A DNA stretch of 24,510 bases from a virus (lineage: Duplodnaviria > Caudoviricetes), in the IMG/VR virus record IMGVR_UViG_3300029997_000040, positions 1 through 24,510 of that record. The stretch is one strand, 5' to 3'. This document shows, one piece after another, positions 1-9,697 of this stretch. A model generated the notes under the pieces. That model was not told where the DNA came from. It did not search any database and saw nothing but the letters and a program-made list of their open reading frames with translations. The number at the start of each line of letters is the position of its first letter. Within the stretch, counting starts at the first letter, position 1. The translations under genes and the position numbers were made by a program.

Positions 1-62
1 TGCAGTTCGCTGTACGCGAGATCCGACAGCTGGAACACGAACTGGCCAAGGCACATCAGCAT
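1..62 (-). CDS. U: P2 GpU-like tail protein, 5' end only (runs off window)
   Basis: ATG at 62 reads MLMCLGQFVFQLSDLAYSELQ, a typical GpU N-terminus; lies directly after the tape measure gene. Confidence 0.85.
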   Translation of the reverse strand, partial: MLMCLGQFVFQLSDLAYSEL

Positions 63-65
63 GGG

Positions 66-2810
66 TTACTCCGTGTCGCCGAGGCGGCTGCGGCTGGCGG
101 CGGCTTTGGCACGCTCGCGCCGATCCAATTCCGCCGAGGCGGCTCGGGCCGCGGCATCCTCATGTCCCGGCATCGCCTGCACCGTGACGCTGTACTGGTT
201 GTGGTTCGTGATCGAGCCACCGCCGCCGGCACGTAGCGGTGGTCGGTTGTCCAGGGTGAAGCGCGCCGGTGGTTTCACGTCGTCATCCGCACCGGTGTTC
301 CAGTGCAGCCCGGCGGCAACCACCGTCTCGTCGTGGATGCCCAGCTTGGCCTTGAGCGCGCGCCACCTCTCCATGAAGCTGTCGATCTTGTCGGCGATCC
401 ACTGGAACGCGGTGACGAAGGGCGCCTTGATCGCCTCGCTGACAGTCGACCAGGTGCTGCCCAGCCAGTCGATTAACTGACCCCCATGGACGACGATCCA
501 GCCGGCGGCCGTGCCGATCGCGGTACCGACGGCGGTGAAGCCCTTGGCCAGCCACGTGACCCCCGTGATGACGCTCATGAGCACCTCACCCAGCACGCGG
601 CCGAAGCTCACGCCGTTGGCGGTGGCGCCGGCCAGTTGCTCCTTGGTGGCCTCGAAGGGTGTGAACAGCTGAGTGATCCCGCGCCACACCGCGCCCATGG
701 CGATCGCGAGGGCATCCCATGCCGGCTTCAGTGGTGCGAGCGCCTGGCCTAGCTCATTCAAGGCGGGGCCGGCGACGTCGCGGATGCCCTGGCCGAGACC
801 GACGAAAAACGCTTTGATCGGCCCCCAGTATTTCCACGCGAGGAACAGCAGCGCGGCCACGGCGGCGACCAGCGCCAGCACGGGCAAACTGATGCCGGTG
901 ATGGCCAGCATCGCGGCACGTGCGCCGATGCCAACGCGGCCGAGCAGGCCGACGCCAGCGGCTTCACCGCCGGCACCACGACACGACAGCGCGGCACGAC
1001 CGATGGCAAAGCGCAGCAGCGCGAACTGGCCGATCAAGCTGCCCAGCGCGATCATGACGCCACCGGCAGCGACCATTAGGACGCCGAAACCGGCCGCCAT
1101 CAGGGCGAGACCTTTGGCGATTGCCGGATGCCGTTGTGCCGCGCCGGTGAGGGCTTTCAGCAAGGTGACCAGTTTCTGCAACGCGCCCACGTAGACCGGT
1201 AGCAGGGTGGTGCCCAGCGCTTTGTAGAGGTTGGCCTTCTGCGCGAGCAGCTCGGCCTCCTGTCCCTGTGCGGTGTCTGCCGCGCGCTGGTACGCCGCAT
1301 CCGTGCCCTCAAAATCGGCCGACGCCGCGAGTTGTTTCTGGATGTTGCCGCGCTGCATGTACATGCCGGCAAACAGGTCGCCGCCCTTGCGCGCACTGAA
1401 CAGGCTGTTGAGCTTGCTGACGATCTGGTTCTCGGTCAGCTTGCCCTTGGGATCGATGCGCGGGATGACCTCCTTCATCAGGTACTCGAAGGGGTTGGTC
1501 TCGTAGAGCGTCTGATTCTTCAACGCACCGGGCAGCATCTTGGTGATGTGGCCGTTCTTGCCGTACTTCACGGCACCCTTGTTCAACAGGCCGAGCTGGC
1601 TGAGTGCCTCGGCGGTCTGCTGGGTGCTGCGGCCGGCGGCCCAGTTTTGATAAGCCGAGGCAAAGCCGGTACCGGAACGCATGCCGCCCATTTCCTGAAT
1701 CGTGTGCATGGCACCGAAAAACAGCGACTTCTCGTCCATCTGTTTGGTGGCCACGCCGCCGACCTTCATCGCCTCTAAATAGTCGCTGGGCTTCACCAGC
1801 CCACCGCTGCCGACATAGGCCTTGGTCATCATGTCGAGCAGATGGTTGAACGCTTCGGGTGTCTTGGTCGCATTGCGCAGCTCGCCGGTCTGGATGGCCG
1901 CGATCAGCTCGCCGATGGTTTCCTGTCCGTGACCGGCGCCTTCGCCTTTGGACGCCATCAGCGCCTCGAAGGTGAGCTTGGTCTTGAGCAGCGACGGGGC
2001 GACCGCGATCGCTTCGTGCATGTCGCGGAAGATACTGTTGGCGTCCTTGAGGATCTCCAGCTTCTCAGTCTGCGAGCTGCCGATGGTCGCGTCGTTGGTC
2101 GCGAAGTGCTGCGCACGCGACACGTCGGCGGTACTCGTACCCTGCGCGCGCAACTGCTCGGTGATGATCTGGTAGTGCTTGGCTTCGTCGATGGCCGGCG
2201 TGATCTGACCCATGACGCGACGGCCGCCCTCGAGGGTGGCGTAGCCGGCGATGGATAAGTGCGCACCGAGCGCTTCGCTCTTGCGCAACTGGTCGTGCAA
2301 CGTGGCCAGCTTCTGCGCCTGCATACCCTGCGCACGCAAGGCCGCGGTCTGCTGTGTGATCGCGGTGGTGGCGCTGGCGGATTTTGAGCGCAGCGCGGCC
2401 TCGGCGGTGCCGAGCTGATGGGTGTTGATGCCAGCCTCGCGCAACGCATTGCGCAATGTCTGCAGCCTGGCCTGCTGTTCGCTGTGTTCGGTCTTGAGCT
2501 TGGCGCCCTCGCGCGTGAGTTTGTTGAACGCCGCCGAGAGCTTGGCCGACGGGTTGGCGGTGGCCTTCAGCGTCGCCGCCGCCGCACGCGTGCGCGCCTG
2601 CAGATCAGCCATGCGCTTGGCCGTGTCGACGCTGCCTTGTTTGAGCTGGCGGAACGCGCCGACCTGTTTCTGCGTCTGGTCGAGCTGACGCAGCGCATCG
2701 CGGGTTTTCTTGAGTTGGGCCGCGGCGCCGGTCGCGGAGCCCTGCACCTTTTTGAGCGGCGCGCTCGCCTTGTCCAGCGTCTGCAGCAGCACCTGTAGTT
2801 TGAGATCCAC
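66..2810 (-). CDS. T: Tail tape measure protein (P2 GpT-like), 914 aa
   Basis: Starts MDLKLQVLLQTLDKASAPLK; long Ala-rich coiled coil with hydrophobic and W-spaced C-terminal repeats; sits between E/E' and U. Confidence 0.93.
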   Translation of the reverse strand: MDLKLQVLLQTLDKASAPLKKVQGSATGAAAQLKKTRDALRQLDQTQKQVGAFRQLKQGSVDTAKRMADLQARTRAAAATLKATANPSAKLSAAFNKLTREGAKLKTEHSEQQARLQTLRNALREAGINTHQLGTAEAALRSKSASATTAITQQTAALRAQGMQAQKLATLHDQLRKSEALGAHLSIAGYATLEGGRRVMGQITPAIDEAKHYQIITEQLRAQGTSTADVSRAQHFATNDATIGSSQTEKLEILKDANSIFRDMHEAIAVAPSLLKTKLTFEALMASKGEGAGHGQETIGELIAAIQTGELRNATKTPEAFNHLLDMMTKAYVGSGGLVKPSDYLEAMKVGGVATKQMDEKSLFFGAMHTIQEMGGMRSGTGFASAYQNWAAGRSTQQTAEALSQLGLLNKGAVKYGKNGHITKMLPGALKNQTLYETNPFEYLMKEVIPRIDPKGKLTENQIVSKLNSLFSARKGGDLFAGMYMQRGNIQKQLAASADFEGTDAAYQRAADTAQGQEAELLAQKANLYKALGTTLLPVYVGALQKLVTLLKALTGAAQRHPAIAKGLALMAAGFGVLMVAAGGVMIALGSLIGQFALLRFAIGRAALSCRGAGGEAAGVGLLGRVGIGARAAMLAITGISLPVLALVAAVAALLFLAWKYWGPIKAFFVGLGQGIRDVAGPALNELGQALAPLKPAWDALAIAMGAVWRGITQLFTPFEATKEQLAGATANGVSFGRVLGEVLMSVITGVTWLAKGFTAVGTAIGTAAGWIVVHGGQLIDWLGSTWSTVSEAIKAPFVTAFQWIADKIDSFMERWRALKAKLGIHDETVVAAGLHWNTGADDDVKPPARFTLDNRPPLRAGGGGSITNHNQYSVTVQAMPGHEDAAARAASAELDRRERAKAAASRSRLGDTE

Positions 2811-2813
2811 GCG

Positions 2814-2927
2814 CTACTCCATTCCACACCGTTCACGGGCGCGCTCGCGCCACTGCATCAATTCCAGCAAGGTGAGGTCGACCATCGCGGCGGGTGACCA
2901 GTGGAACACCACCGCGATGTCGGCCAT
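2814..2927 (-). CDS. E': GpE' tail assembly chaperone extension (-1 frame of E)
   Basis: MADIAVVFHWSPAAMVDLTLLELMQWRERARERCGME matches the P2 GpE' pattern; the frame is open back to the slippery site at 2972-2978. Confidence 0.9.
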   Translation of the reverse strand: MADIAVVFHWSPAAMVDLTLLELMQWRERARERCGME

Positions 2928-2935
2928 GGCGTCCT

Positions 2936-3259
2936 CTACACAGCGAGGGAAGCCTTGACGTCCTTCGGTAACAAAAAATGGAGAATCTCGGTGCCGATCG
3001 CCATCAGGTCGGGCGCTTCGAGTTTGTTGATGTCCTCCGAGGTGAGGAACGGATCGCTGATGCGTGGAAGCACCTTGGCGATGGCGCTGACTTCCATCTG
3101 CGCCAGATCGGCCAGGCTCACACCGCGCAGCTCGCCGGCTTTGGGACGACGCAGCGTGATGTTGCTGATGGTCTGCTCGCCGCGCGTGATCGGTGTGTCG
3201 AGCGTGACGGTGGCCGTGGCGTTGTTCGGCTGCGCGGGAATGTCGGTGTGCTTCGTCAT
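2936..3259 (-). CDS. E: Tail assembly chaperone GpE, 107 aa
   Basis: TLDTPITRGEQTISNITLRRPKAGELRGVSL motif; follows the tail tube gene. Confidence 0.92.
   Translation of the reverse strand: MTKHTDIPAQPNNATATVTLDTPITRGEQTISNITLRRPKAGELRGVSLADLAQMEVSAIAKVLPRISDPFLTSEDINKLEAPDLMAIGTEILHFLLPKDVKASLAV
2972..2978 (-). other. Programmed -1 ribosomal frameshift site TTTTTTG (E to E+E')
   Basis: The - strand reads CAT TTT TTG near the end of E, the same heptamer as in P2; the -1 frame is open into E'. Confidence 0.88.
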
Positions 3260-3297
3260 GGATCTCTCCGTAGGGATCGGGTGGTGAGGGATGAGGG

Positions 3298-3807
3298 TTA
3301 CAGGCCGAGCGCGCGGCGCTGCTGGGCGAGGCGATCGACGACGCCGACGTTGAAGAGGAAGTTGAGGCGGTCGATCTCGATCTCGACGACGCCGTTGATC
3401 GTCAGCTTGTAGTACGCGCAGCTGATCGTGAACTTGTGCGCGGTGTCATCGCCGGGTTTCGCGTTGCCCATGTCGATCTCTTTCGGGCGGCCACGCACGA
3501 CCACTTCGACCGCATCGACGTCGCCGGTGTCGTCACGCTGGTAGGCGCCGGCAAAGCGCGTCATGTAGGCGGTGGCACTGGTGGCACCGAACTGCCGGAT
3601 CGCCTCGCGGACGATGCCGCCGGCGGTGTATTCCAGCGTGAGCAGTTCACCGCCCAGATCGACCTCGACACCGCCGTCCATGCCGCCGCTGCGGATCTCT
3701 TCCATCTTGCGGCTGAGCTTGGGCAGGGTGATCTCGGGCACCTTGCCGGCGTAGTTGACGCCGTCGTTGAACACGTTGAAATTTTTGAGCTTGCTGGGCA
3801 GTGCCAT
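3298..3807 (-). CDS. FII: Major tail tube protein FII, 169 aa
   Basis: MALPSKLKNFNVFNDG...EITLPKLSRKMEE; AGAYQRDDTG; YYKLTING. Confidence 0.96.
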   Translation of the reverse strand: MALPSKLKNFNVFNDGVNYAGKVPEITLPKLSRKMEEIRSGGMDGGVEVDLGGELLTLEYTAGGIVREAIRQFGATSATAYMTRFAGAYQRDDTGDVDAVEVVVRGRPKEIDMGNAKPGDDTAHKFTISCAYYKLTINGVVEIEIDRLNFLFNVGVVDRLAQQRRALGL

Positions 3808-3863
3808 GGCGGGGTTCCTCTAAGGTGCGGGGACGCGCGACCGCCGTAGCGGCCAAACTTAAG

Positions 3864-5042
3864 TCAGGCGTTGATCGCGGCGGCGAAATCAGCCAGGTAC
3901 GAGGTGGTGATGTGCTGGCGTAGCAGCAGATCCTCCAGTGGCGGCACCGGCGAGTAGTCGTAGTCGACGACGGCTTTGCCGCCCGCGAGGGTGCTCTGGT
4001 CGTTGGCGCTGGCGTCGTACCAGGCGCTGCCGCCGAGGATGTAGCCACCCGTCTTGAGGTCACGGAACTTGGCGTTGATGCCGTCCATGATGTCTTTCAC
4101 CAGGCTCGGGTACATCGACTTGTCCGAAGCCCACAGGAAGCCGTCGGCGATCGTGTCGCCCAACACCTGCGCGGTACGTGTGGCGGATTCGAAGACGAAG
4201 TCCGGATCATCCGAGCAGGTGCGGTTGCCCCAGAAGCGGAAGCCCTGCGTGTTGATCAGCGTGGTGATGCCGGCGGCATTGAGTACGCCCGCATCGGTCG
4301 CCGAATCCTGCAGATCCCAGTGCACGTCACGACTGATGCCGGTGACACCGTTGACGGCGACGTTGCTGATGGTTTTCTGCCAGCCCTGGTCCTGGTCGAT
4401 CTGCGCACGCAAGCCGAGCGCGTAGGCGACGGCTGGCACTTCGACGTCGGCATTGGCGACGGTATCGAAGGCCATGACGTTGGGCCAGATCACCATCACT
4501 TCGCGCTGGCTGAAGGTGGCGCGGTAAGCGATGGCCTCGGTGACGCTGGTGGCGCCGTGGGCGTGCACGTAGGCCATGCCGCGCAGTTTCTTTGCCACGA
4601 TGGCCAGCGCGACACTCACGGCCGGCGTGTCCAGACCAGGTGCACCGATGATGCGCGGCTTGATGCCGAGACGACCCTGCGCACCGAGCAGCGCCTGCAT
4701 GCCGGTGAGCCGGCCGTTGGCGTCGGTCGTGCCGATCACGTTGCTGCTGGTGGCGGCTTCGTCGACGCCCTTGGCCACGCGCACGACGATCACGATCGGC
4801 TTGGTCTGCGCGTTGATGGCTTGCAGATCCGGCAGCAAGGTGCCCATGGCGGCTGACCCGGCCTTGCCGATGGCCGCCTGCACGTCGGTGACCAGCACGG
4901 CGGTGTTCAACGGGAACGCGGCGACATCGGCATCCTCGCCGGTGGCGACCAGGCCGATAACGGCAGTGGAGGGGACCGTCAGGGTGCGCGCACCGCTGGT
5001 GGCTTCGACAACGCGGACGCCGTGGTGGTAATCGTTGGGCAT
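3864..5042 (-). CDS. FI: Tail sheath protein FI, 392 aa
   Basis: YHHGVRVVE, KPRIIGAPG, GFRFWGNRTCSDDP and DYDYSPVPPLEDL motifs. Confidence 0.97.
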   Translation of the reverse strand: MPNDYHHGVRVVEATSGARTLTVPSTAVIGLVATGEDADVAAFPLNTAVLVTDVQAAIGKAGSAAMGTLLPDLQAINAQTKPIVIVVRVAKGVDEAATSSNVIGTTDANGRLTGMQALLGAQGRLGIKPRIIGAPGLDTPAVSVALAIVAKKLRGMAYVHAHGATSVTEAIAYRATFSQREVMVIWPNVMAFDTVANADVEVPAVAYALGLRAQIDQDQGWQKTISNVAVNGVTGISRDVHWDLQDSATDAGVLNAAGITTLINTQGFRFWGNRTCSDDPDFVFESATRTAQVLGDTIADGFLWASDKSMYPSLVKDIMDGINAKFRDLKTGGYILGGSAWYDASANDQSTLAGGKAVVDYDYSPVPPLEDLLLRQHITTSYLADFAAAINA

Positions 5043-5064
5043 GGTGAATCCTCGGGTGATGCCG

Positions 5065-5424
5065 TTAGGGCACGGCGCTGAGTTGCAGGGGGACGGTGAT
5101 CGCGGCGGGCTGGGCGACGGGTGTGTCGGTGCGCACGCCTTCGAGCGTCACCACCACCTGGCCGGGCTGGTCGCCCAGAGCCATCGACACGCGCGACAAC
5201 TGGACGCGCGGTTCCCAGCGCATCAACGCGGTGGCGACGGCGGCGACCAGGCGGATTTTTGTGGCGGTGTTGAATGGCTGGTCGATCAGGCGCGGCAGCA
5301 GCGAGCCGTAATCACGGCGCATGACGCGCGAACCGACCGGCGTGCCGAGAATGTCGCCGATCGACTGCTGCAGGTGCGCGAGCCCGTCGAGCGGCTTGCC
5401 GGTGGTGCGATCCATGCCGCGCAT
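5065..5424 (-). CDS. W: Baseplate wedge GpW (gp25-like), 119 aa
   Basis: HLQQSIGDILGTPVGSRVMRRDYGS and RWEPRV motifs. Confidence 0.95.
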   Translation of the reverse strand: MRGMDRTTGKPLDGLAHLQQSIGDILGTPVGSRVMRRDYGSLLPRLIDQPFNTATKIRLVAAVATALMRWEPRVQLSRVSMALGDQPGQVVVTLEGVRTDTPVAQPAAITVPLQLSAVP

Positions 5425-6023
5425 TACAGCGGCGCTCCGGTAACAGGACCTTCGATGGGGTGAGCGTGGCCCTTGACGCTCTTGCCGCCGCCGGTGACGT
5501 CGATGGTCGCCGTGAGCTTCGTATCGACGGTGACATCGCTGGCGACGTGCAGCGTGGCACCGAGGTCGGTGTCGTCGGTGACCGAGAGCTTGCCGACGAT
5601 CCGGGTATCGCCAGCGAGAGTGATGCCGCCGGAGGCGGTGACATGCGACTTGCCGCCCTCGGGCAGCGTCGCGGTGAGCTGATGCGACTCGGGGTCATAG
5701 CGAAAGACGGCGCCATCGCGGAACGTGGTGACCTTGGCCGTGGCGCTGCCGGCCGGGCGCGGTACCGCGTTGGAGTAGATCGCCGGATGCACGACACCGC
5801 GCGCGGTATCCCCGCCGGGACAGAACACCATCACCTGCTCGCCGATGCTCGGGTCCCAGCCCGTGCTGGCGTCACCGGCACGTTCCACAAACCACGGCAT
5901 CGGCCGCGTCAGCAGCGCACCGGTCCTTACCGTGCACAAGCCTGCGTCATGATCGACGGAGGCGATCGTGCCGAAGCGCAGCAGGTTCTGCAGCAGACGC
6001 AAGATTTCGACGAGCTGATCCAT
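5424..6023 (-). CDS. V: Baseplate spike GpV, 199 aa
   Basis: NLLRFGTI, PSIGEQV, beta-helix repeats and C-terminal HxH (GHAH). Confidence 0.95.
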   Translation of the reverse strand: MDQLVEILRLLQNLLRFGTIASVDHDAGLCTVRTGALLTRPMPWFVERAGDASTGWDPSIGEQVMVFCPGGDTARGVVHPAIYSNAVPRPAGSATAKVTTFRDGAVFRYDPESHQLTATLPEGGKSHVTASGGITLAGDTRIVGKLSVTDDTDLGATLHVASDVTVDTKLTATIDVTGGGKSVKGHAHPIEGPVTGAPL

Positions 6024-6093
6024 GCCGGCATGGTGCTAATGCCATGCGCGCGAGGGCTAGGCGCGGCCGATGTACCAGTGGGCTGGTACATCG
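6021..6093 (-). promoter_or_regulatory. Putative late promoter of V, copy 1: palindrome 6068-6093 plus proximal 19-bp box 6021-6039
   Basis: CGATGTACCAG-TGGG-CTGGTACATCG has perfect 11-bp arms and is centred about 57 nt upstream of the V ATG; the module recurs at 10607-10679. Confidence 0.75.
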
Positions 6094-6144
6094 ATAAACG
6101 GCGTGTCGTGTAAAAGCGGCTCCGCGCTCTCGTTGAATTTCTGC

Positions 6145-6834
6145 TTAGACGGAGCCCTCAACGCTGCAGGTCAGCGTGATGGTCGTCGTCGATAAAACCT
6201 GTCCCGTTGAAGCATTGCGGAACTGTATGGTGAGTGCGCCGCTCTGGTCTTTGGAGCCGCCTTGGAATCCGACGGTCTGCCCGAAGCCCGCCTGCTGCGC
6301 CGCGCTGCAGGACAGCCAGTTCGATGCACTGCCAAAGCTCCCGCTGGTGGTTCCTGACGACTGGTTTAGCGTCCACGACCCACTGAACGCGACTTGCACC
6401 GCCGAGACGGCCAGCCCGAAGGTGTTCCATGTGCCGGACGCGTTGACCGTGTTTCCCGCCGGTATCGTGCCCGAGGCGGCGGCGTGTGCACGGTAACCCG
6501 TGACGTTATACGTGCCGTTCGTCGCGACGTTGAAGTAAATGTTGGCTTGCGCCGTTTGCCGATTACCCGCCACGTCGCCCGCGTTATATTGCTTGCCGTT
6601 GATGGGCAGGCTATAGACGGCCGTGCCCCTGGTCGTCCATCGCGGGCCGTTGTCGACGCCGGCACTGTTGCGGTAACCGAAATTCGGTCCTGGTGTTCCG
6701 TAGGGTGCGGCGGCGTATTTCAAACCCACCCCGTTCGAGAGGCGAAAGTTCTCGGCTTGCGGCCCGTCGCCGACGATGTCGGTATCAAAAAGGTTGTCGG
6801 CATCGACAGCGGCGCCATTGCGATAGCCCGACAT
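6145..6834 (-). CDS. Hypothetical Gly/Ser/Thr/Asn-rich beta-strand protein, probably tail-fibre or receptor-binding associated, 229 aa
   Basis: Coupled (1-nt overlap) to the upstream ORF, two genes after H; composition fits a fibre-tip or adhesin domain. Confidence 0.65.
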   Translation of the reverse strand: MSGYRNGAAVDADNLFDTDIVGDGPQAENFRLSNGVGLKYAAAPYGTPGPNFGYRNSAGVDNGPRWTTRGTAVYSLPINGKQYNAGDVAGNRQTAQANIYFNVATNGTYNVTGYRAHAAASGTIPAGNTVNASGTWNTFGLAVSAVQVAFSGSWTLNQSSGTTSGSFGSASNWLSCSAAQQAGFGQTVGFQGGSKDQSGALTIQFRNASTGQVLSTTTITLTCSVEGSV

Positions 6835-7235
6835 CAGCCGACTGCCGTTTCCGATACCGGAGCCGGCATGAGTGACGCCGCGGCAGCAGCGGCGTGCGCC
6901 GCCATGACGGCCGCGCGCTCGTTGTAGAGCGCGTCATATGCCGCCTTGATGACTAGCGCTAAGCCAGCCGTCGATACCTTCGACAAATCGGCACCGGTCA
7001 CGGGGTCGGTGCCGACACCAAAGCACCGCGGTGCAATGTCAGCAATGGTGACCTGCAATACGTCGTAGTCGCCGTTCAACGGCTGATACGCGTTGTTGAC
7101 GAACAGGCTTTCGCGAGCTTGAAAGGAGACCACGCCGCTGCCGGTCGACGGATCGTAAAGGAGGTGGGTTTGCTCGGCGATCATCTCGGCCGTGATGCCG
7201 TCGGCGATGGTACGAATGCGTGCGTTGGGTGCCAT
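6834..7235 (-). CDS. Hypothetical tail-fibre-associated protein, 133 aa
   Basis: Directly follows H, with AAGG upstream of the ATG; not recognisably GpG/Tfa. Confidence 0.7.
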   Translation of the reverse strand: MAPNARIRTIADGITAEMIAEQTHLLYDPSTGSGVVSFQARESLFVNNAYQPLNGDYDVLQVTIADIAPRCFGVGTDPVTGADLSKVSTAGLALVIKAAYDALYNERAAVMAAHAAAAAASLMPAPVSETAVG

Positions 7236-7256
7236 GGGTAAAAGTACCTTTTGGGT

Positions 7257-9146
7257 TTATGCGTTGAGTGCGTCGACGCGTGCGGAAAGCTCTTTGATGG
7301 CTTGAATCAAGACGGGCGTGATCTGCGCGTAATCCACGGTCTTGCGACCGGCACCGTCTTCGCTGACGGCCTCGGGGATCAGGGGTTCCAGTTGTTCGGC
7401 AATCACGCCCAGACGGCGACGGCCATCGGGGTTGTAGGTCTTTTTGTAGACGTAACTCGCCGTCTCGATGGCGCACACGGTGGCAAGCCCGGCGCGGACG
7501 CGCTTGAACTTCGTTTTCAGCGCCTTGGAGGAGCCCACCTGAAATCCGCCGGTGGCGTAACAGGTGCCTTGCAGCGCCGGGTTGGCGACGCCTTCATGGA
7601 TGATGCGATAGGCGACGGCACCATACGACCAGCCGCCGATCTTCATCACGTTGTCCGTGTCCAGACCGAAGTGGACGCCGCATTGACCTTCGCGAATGAA
7701 GGACATCGTTGCCGACGCGCTGTTGTTGGTGGCGTTGCCGATTTGCAGGGAGGTATTGCGGTCGTTGCCACTGCTGCTGACGGATGCGATGTTCGGTGGC
7801 GCGCCGGACGAGAAAATAGTTCCGGCCGTGCTGTTGCTGTTGCCGCGTAGGATCGCCGTCTGGTTCACCCAGCTTTCCAACGCGACGTTGCCCATATCGG
7901 TCGCATCGATAGTGACCTTGACCTTCGAACCACTCCATCCGATTTTCACCGCGTTATTCAGCTGACCTGTGCCGGTGCCCTGCTGCACCGGTGTGAAGCC
8001 GAGTAAGTTCTGCTTGGCCGCCAGCGCTTTGGTCATCGTCGCCGCGAAATTCGGATCATCGCCCATCGCATCGGCGAGTTCCTTTAGCGTATCGAGTGCG
8101 CCGGGTGAGCCGTTGATGAGCGCGTTCACGGCTGCGGTGATCTGTGTGGTCACCGCCGTCTGCAGCGGCCGTGCATCGAGCGCGGTCTGCAAGCCGTTGA
8201 TGTCGGCGATCGGATGCGAGTGGGCGAGGGCAGCAGCGCCGATGTTGGCCAGTACTTGCGCCGGCGTTTTTTCCGCGAGCGCTCCGGTGCCGTTGCCGAC
8301 CAGGTAATTGCCAGCGGTGAAACTGCCGGCGCCGGTACCGCCGCGCGCCACCACCAGGGTACCGCTGGTGATGTCGGTCGCTGAGTGTTGGTGCGATGAC
8401 GGTGCGAAGGTGAGCGGCACGTTGCCGAGATTTCGGTAGTCGAGGTAGTACGCACCGTGTTGGCCGTCGAGCAGATCCGCGTCCAGTCCGTTGTTTGCAC
8501 CGGTGTCGTACGAGGCCGCGCCACGGATGCCCAGCGCGGTGACGAACGCCAGTGCACTGACCTTGTTGAGTAGCGTCTTGACGAAGGCGCTCGGTGCGCC
8601 GACGCCAAGGCGCTCGTTGAGTGCGACCAGCAAGCTCTTGGGCGTGATGGCGAGCTGAGGGTCGGTGCCGGTGAGGGTTTCGGCATCGGTGGCGAATCGC
8701 ACCACGCCGGTGACATCGGTGGTGGCCAGACTCATCTGAAAGTTGGTGTCGCCGAACGTGAGGCTGTTGGCATCAATGTCGGCGAACTGCACGTCGCCGG
8801 CGAGCAACATGGTGGCCTGACTGCTCTTTTGCAGCAGGTCGGTGGGTTGGCTGTACACCGCGAACAGCGTGCCGTCGGCAAGGTACAGGCCGACACCGCG
8901 GACGCTGTAGGTGTCGGTACTGTCATCACGGATGGTGACGTGCAACGTGTCGGTAGCGACCGCACCGCCGCTGATCGTGCTGATGCGCTTGCTCTCACCC
9001 GGGATGACCTTCGTCGTGGGCGACGGGGTGAAGGGGGTGGCCGTGATACCGACGCTGACGATGGTGGTGGGCGCCGTGCCGTCGTGCGCGGCATTGCTCA
9101 GTGCGGCGCGACCAGCGGCCGTGACGATGAGTTTGAGTGCGGTCAT
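7257..9146 (-). CDS. H: Tail fibre protein with C-terminal peptidase S74-like intramolecular chaperone, 629 aa
   Basis: Start at 9146 (ATGA overlap with the I stop); fibre modules GLDADLLDG, HSHPIADINGLQTALD and PGALDTLKELA; C-terminus SSKALK...GVIAEQL...VDY...LIQAIKEL. Confidence 0.9.
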   Translation of the reverse strand: MTALKLIVTAAGRAALSNAAHDGTAPTTIVSVGITATPFTPSPTTKVIPGESKRISTISGGAVATDTLHVTIRDDSTDTYSVRGVGLYLADGTLFAVYSQPTDLLQKSSQATMLLAGDVQFADIDANSLTFGDTNFQMSLATTDVTGVVRFATDAETLTGTDPQLAITPKSLLVALNERLGVGAPSAFVKTLLNKVSALAFVTALGIRGAASYDTGANNGLDADLLDGQHGAYYLDYRNLGNVPLTFAPSSHQHSATDITSGTLVVARGGTGAGSFTAGNYLVGNGTGALAEKTPAQVLANIGAAALAHSHPIADINGLQTALDARPLQTAVTTQITAAVNALINGSPGALDTLKELADAMGDDPNFAATMTKALAAKQNLLGFTPVQQGTGTGQLNNAVKIGWSGSKVKVTIDATDMGNVALESWVNQTAILRGNSNSTAGTIFSSGAPPNIASVSSSGNDRNTSLQIGNATNNSASATMSFIREGQCGVHFGLDTDNVMKIGGWSYGAVAYRIIHEGVANPALQGTCYATGGFQVGSSKALKTKFKRVRAGLATVCAIETASYVYKKTYNPDGRRRLGVIAEQLEPLIPEAVSEDGAGRKTVDYAQITPVLIQAIKELSARVDALNA

Positions 9147-9697
9147 GGGGTGGCAGCCTCGGCGTATAGGTTCAGGCGGGCATAGATGCAGGGACGGATG
9201 AACGCGGCGACGCGGAGGCGTCCGGTAAGCGTGGCCGTCTGCGTGAAGGTGAAATGGCTGCGCGTGGGCTTCGTGCGATTGACCTCGGCGATGACGTCGT
9301 CGACGAACGCGGCGCTGGCCGGCTCGCCGTCGATACCGGAGACGGTGAGCTGCATGTCGAAGGTGTACGGGATGCCGGGTGGGTCCATCTGCCACCACTC
9401 GGTGAGCACCACCGAACCGCCGAAACTGGCGATGACGTCGAAGACGCTTTGCGCGGTGCCCTTGCGTCGGGCGATGTCGATGGCACTGGCGACGCGGGCG
9501 CGTTTGACGGCCAGTGGCCAGTAGCTCTTCCACGCGCTGATGCCGAGCGCCCACGCCAGCCATGCGAGCTTGTCTTCCGGACAGGTGTGCGGATTCCATA
9601 ACTCGGCGATGGGCACCGGAATGTCCGCTAGGCGTGCGGTGGCGGCCTCGATGGCGCGCTCACTGGCCGTGGCATTGGGTGGCAAAAGGCTATTCAT
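9143..9697 (-). CDS. I: Baseplate/tail protein GpI
   Basis: SLLPPNATASER, LWNPHTCP, LAWLAW and RKGT motifs; start 9697 chosen for overlap with the J stop (9709 also possible). Confidence 0.93.
   Translation of the reverse strand: MNSLLPPNATASERAIEAATARLADIPVPIAELWNPHTCPEDKLAWLAWALGISAWKSYWPLAVKRARVASAIDIARRKGTAQSVFDVIASFGGSVVLTEWWQMDPPGIPYTFDMQLTVSGIDGEPASAAFVDDVIAEVNRTKPTRSHFTFTQTATLTGRLRVAAFIRPCIYARLNLYAEAATP

Noticed and set aside
6068-6093. 26-bp palindrome as a terminator, REP element or invertase site
   Set aside because: It has no U tract, only two copies, a fixed distance to late-gene starts, and no invertase in the window; an activator site fits better
9147-9599. N-terminal extension of the 780-aa tail fibre ORF
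   Set aside because: It overlaps I in another frame and has low-complexity Arg/His content; the real start is the coupled ATG at 9146
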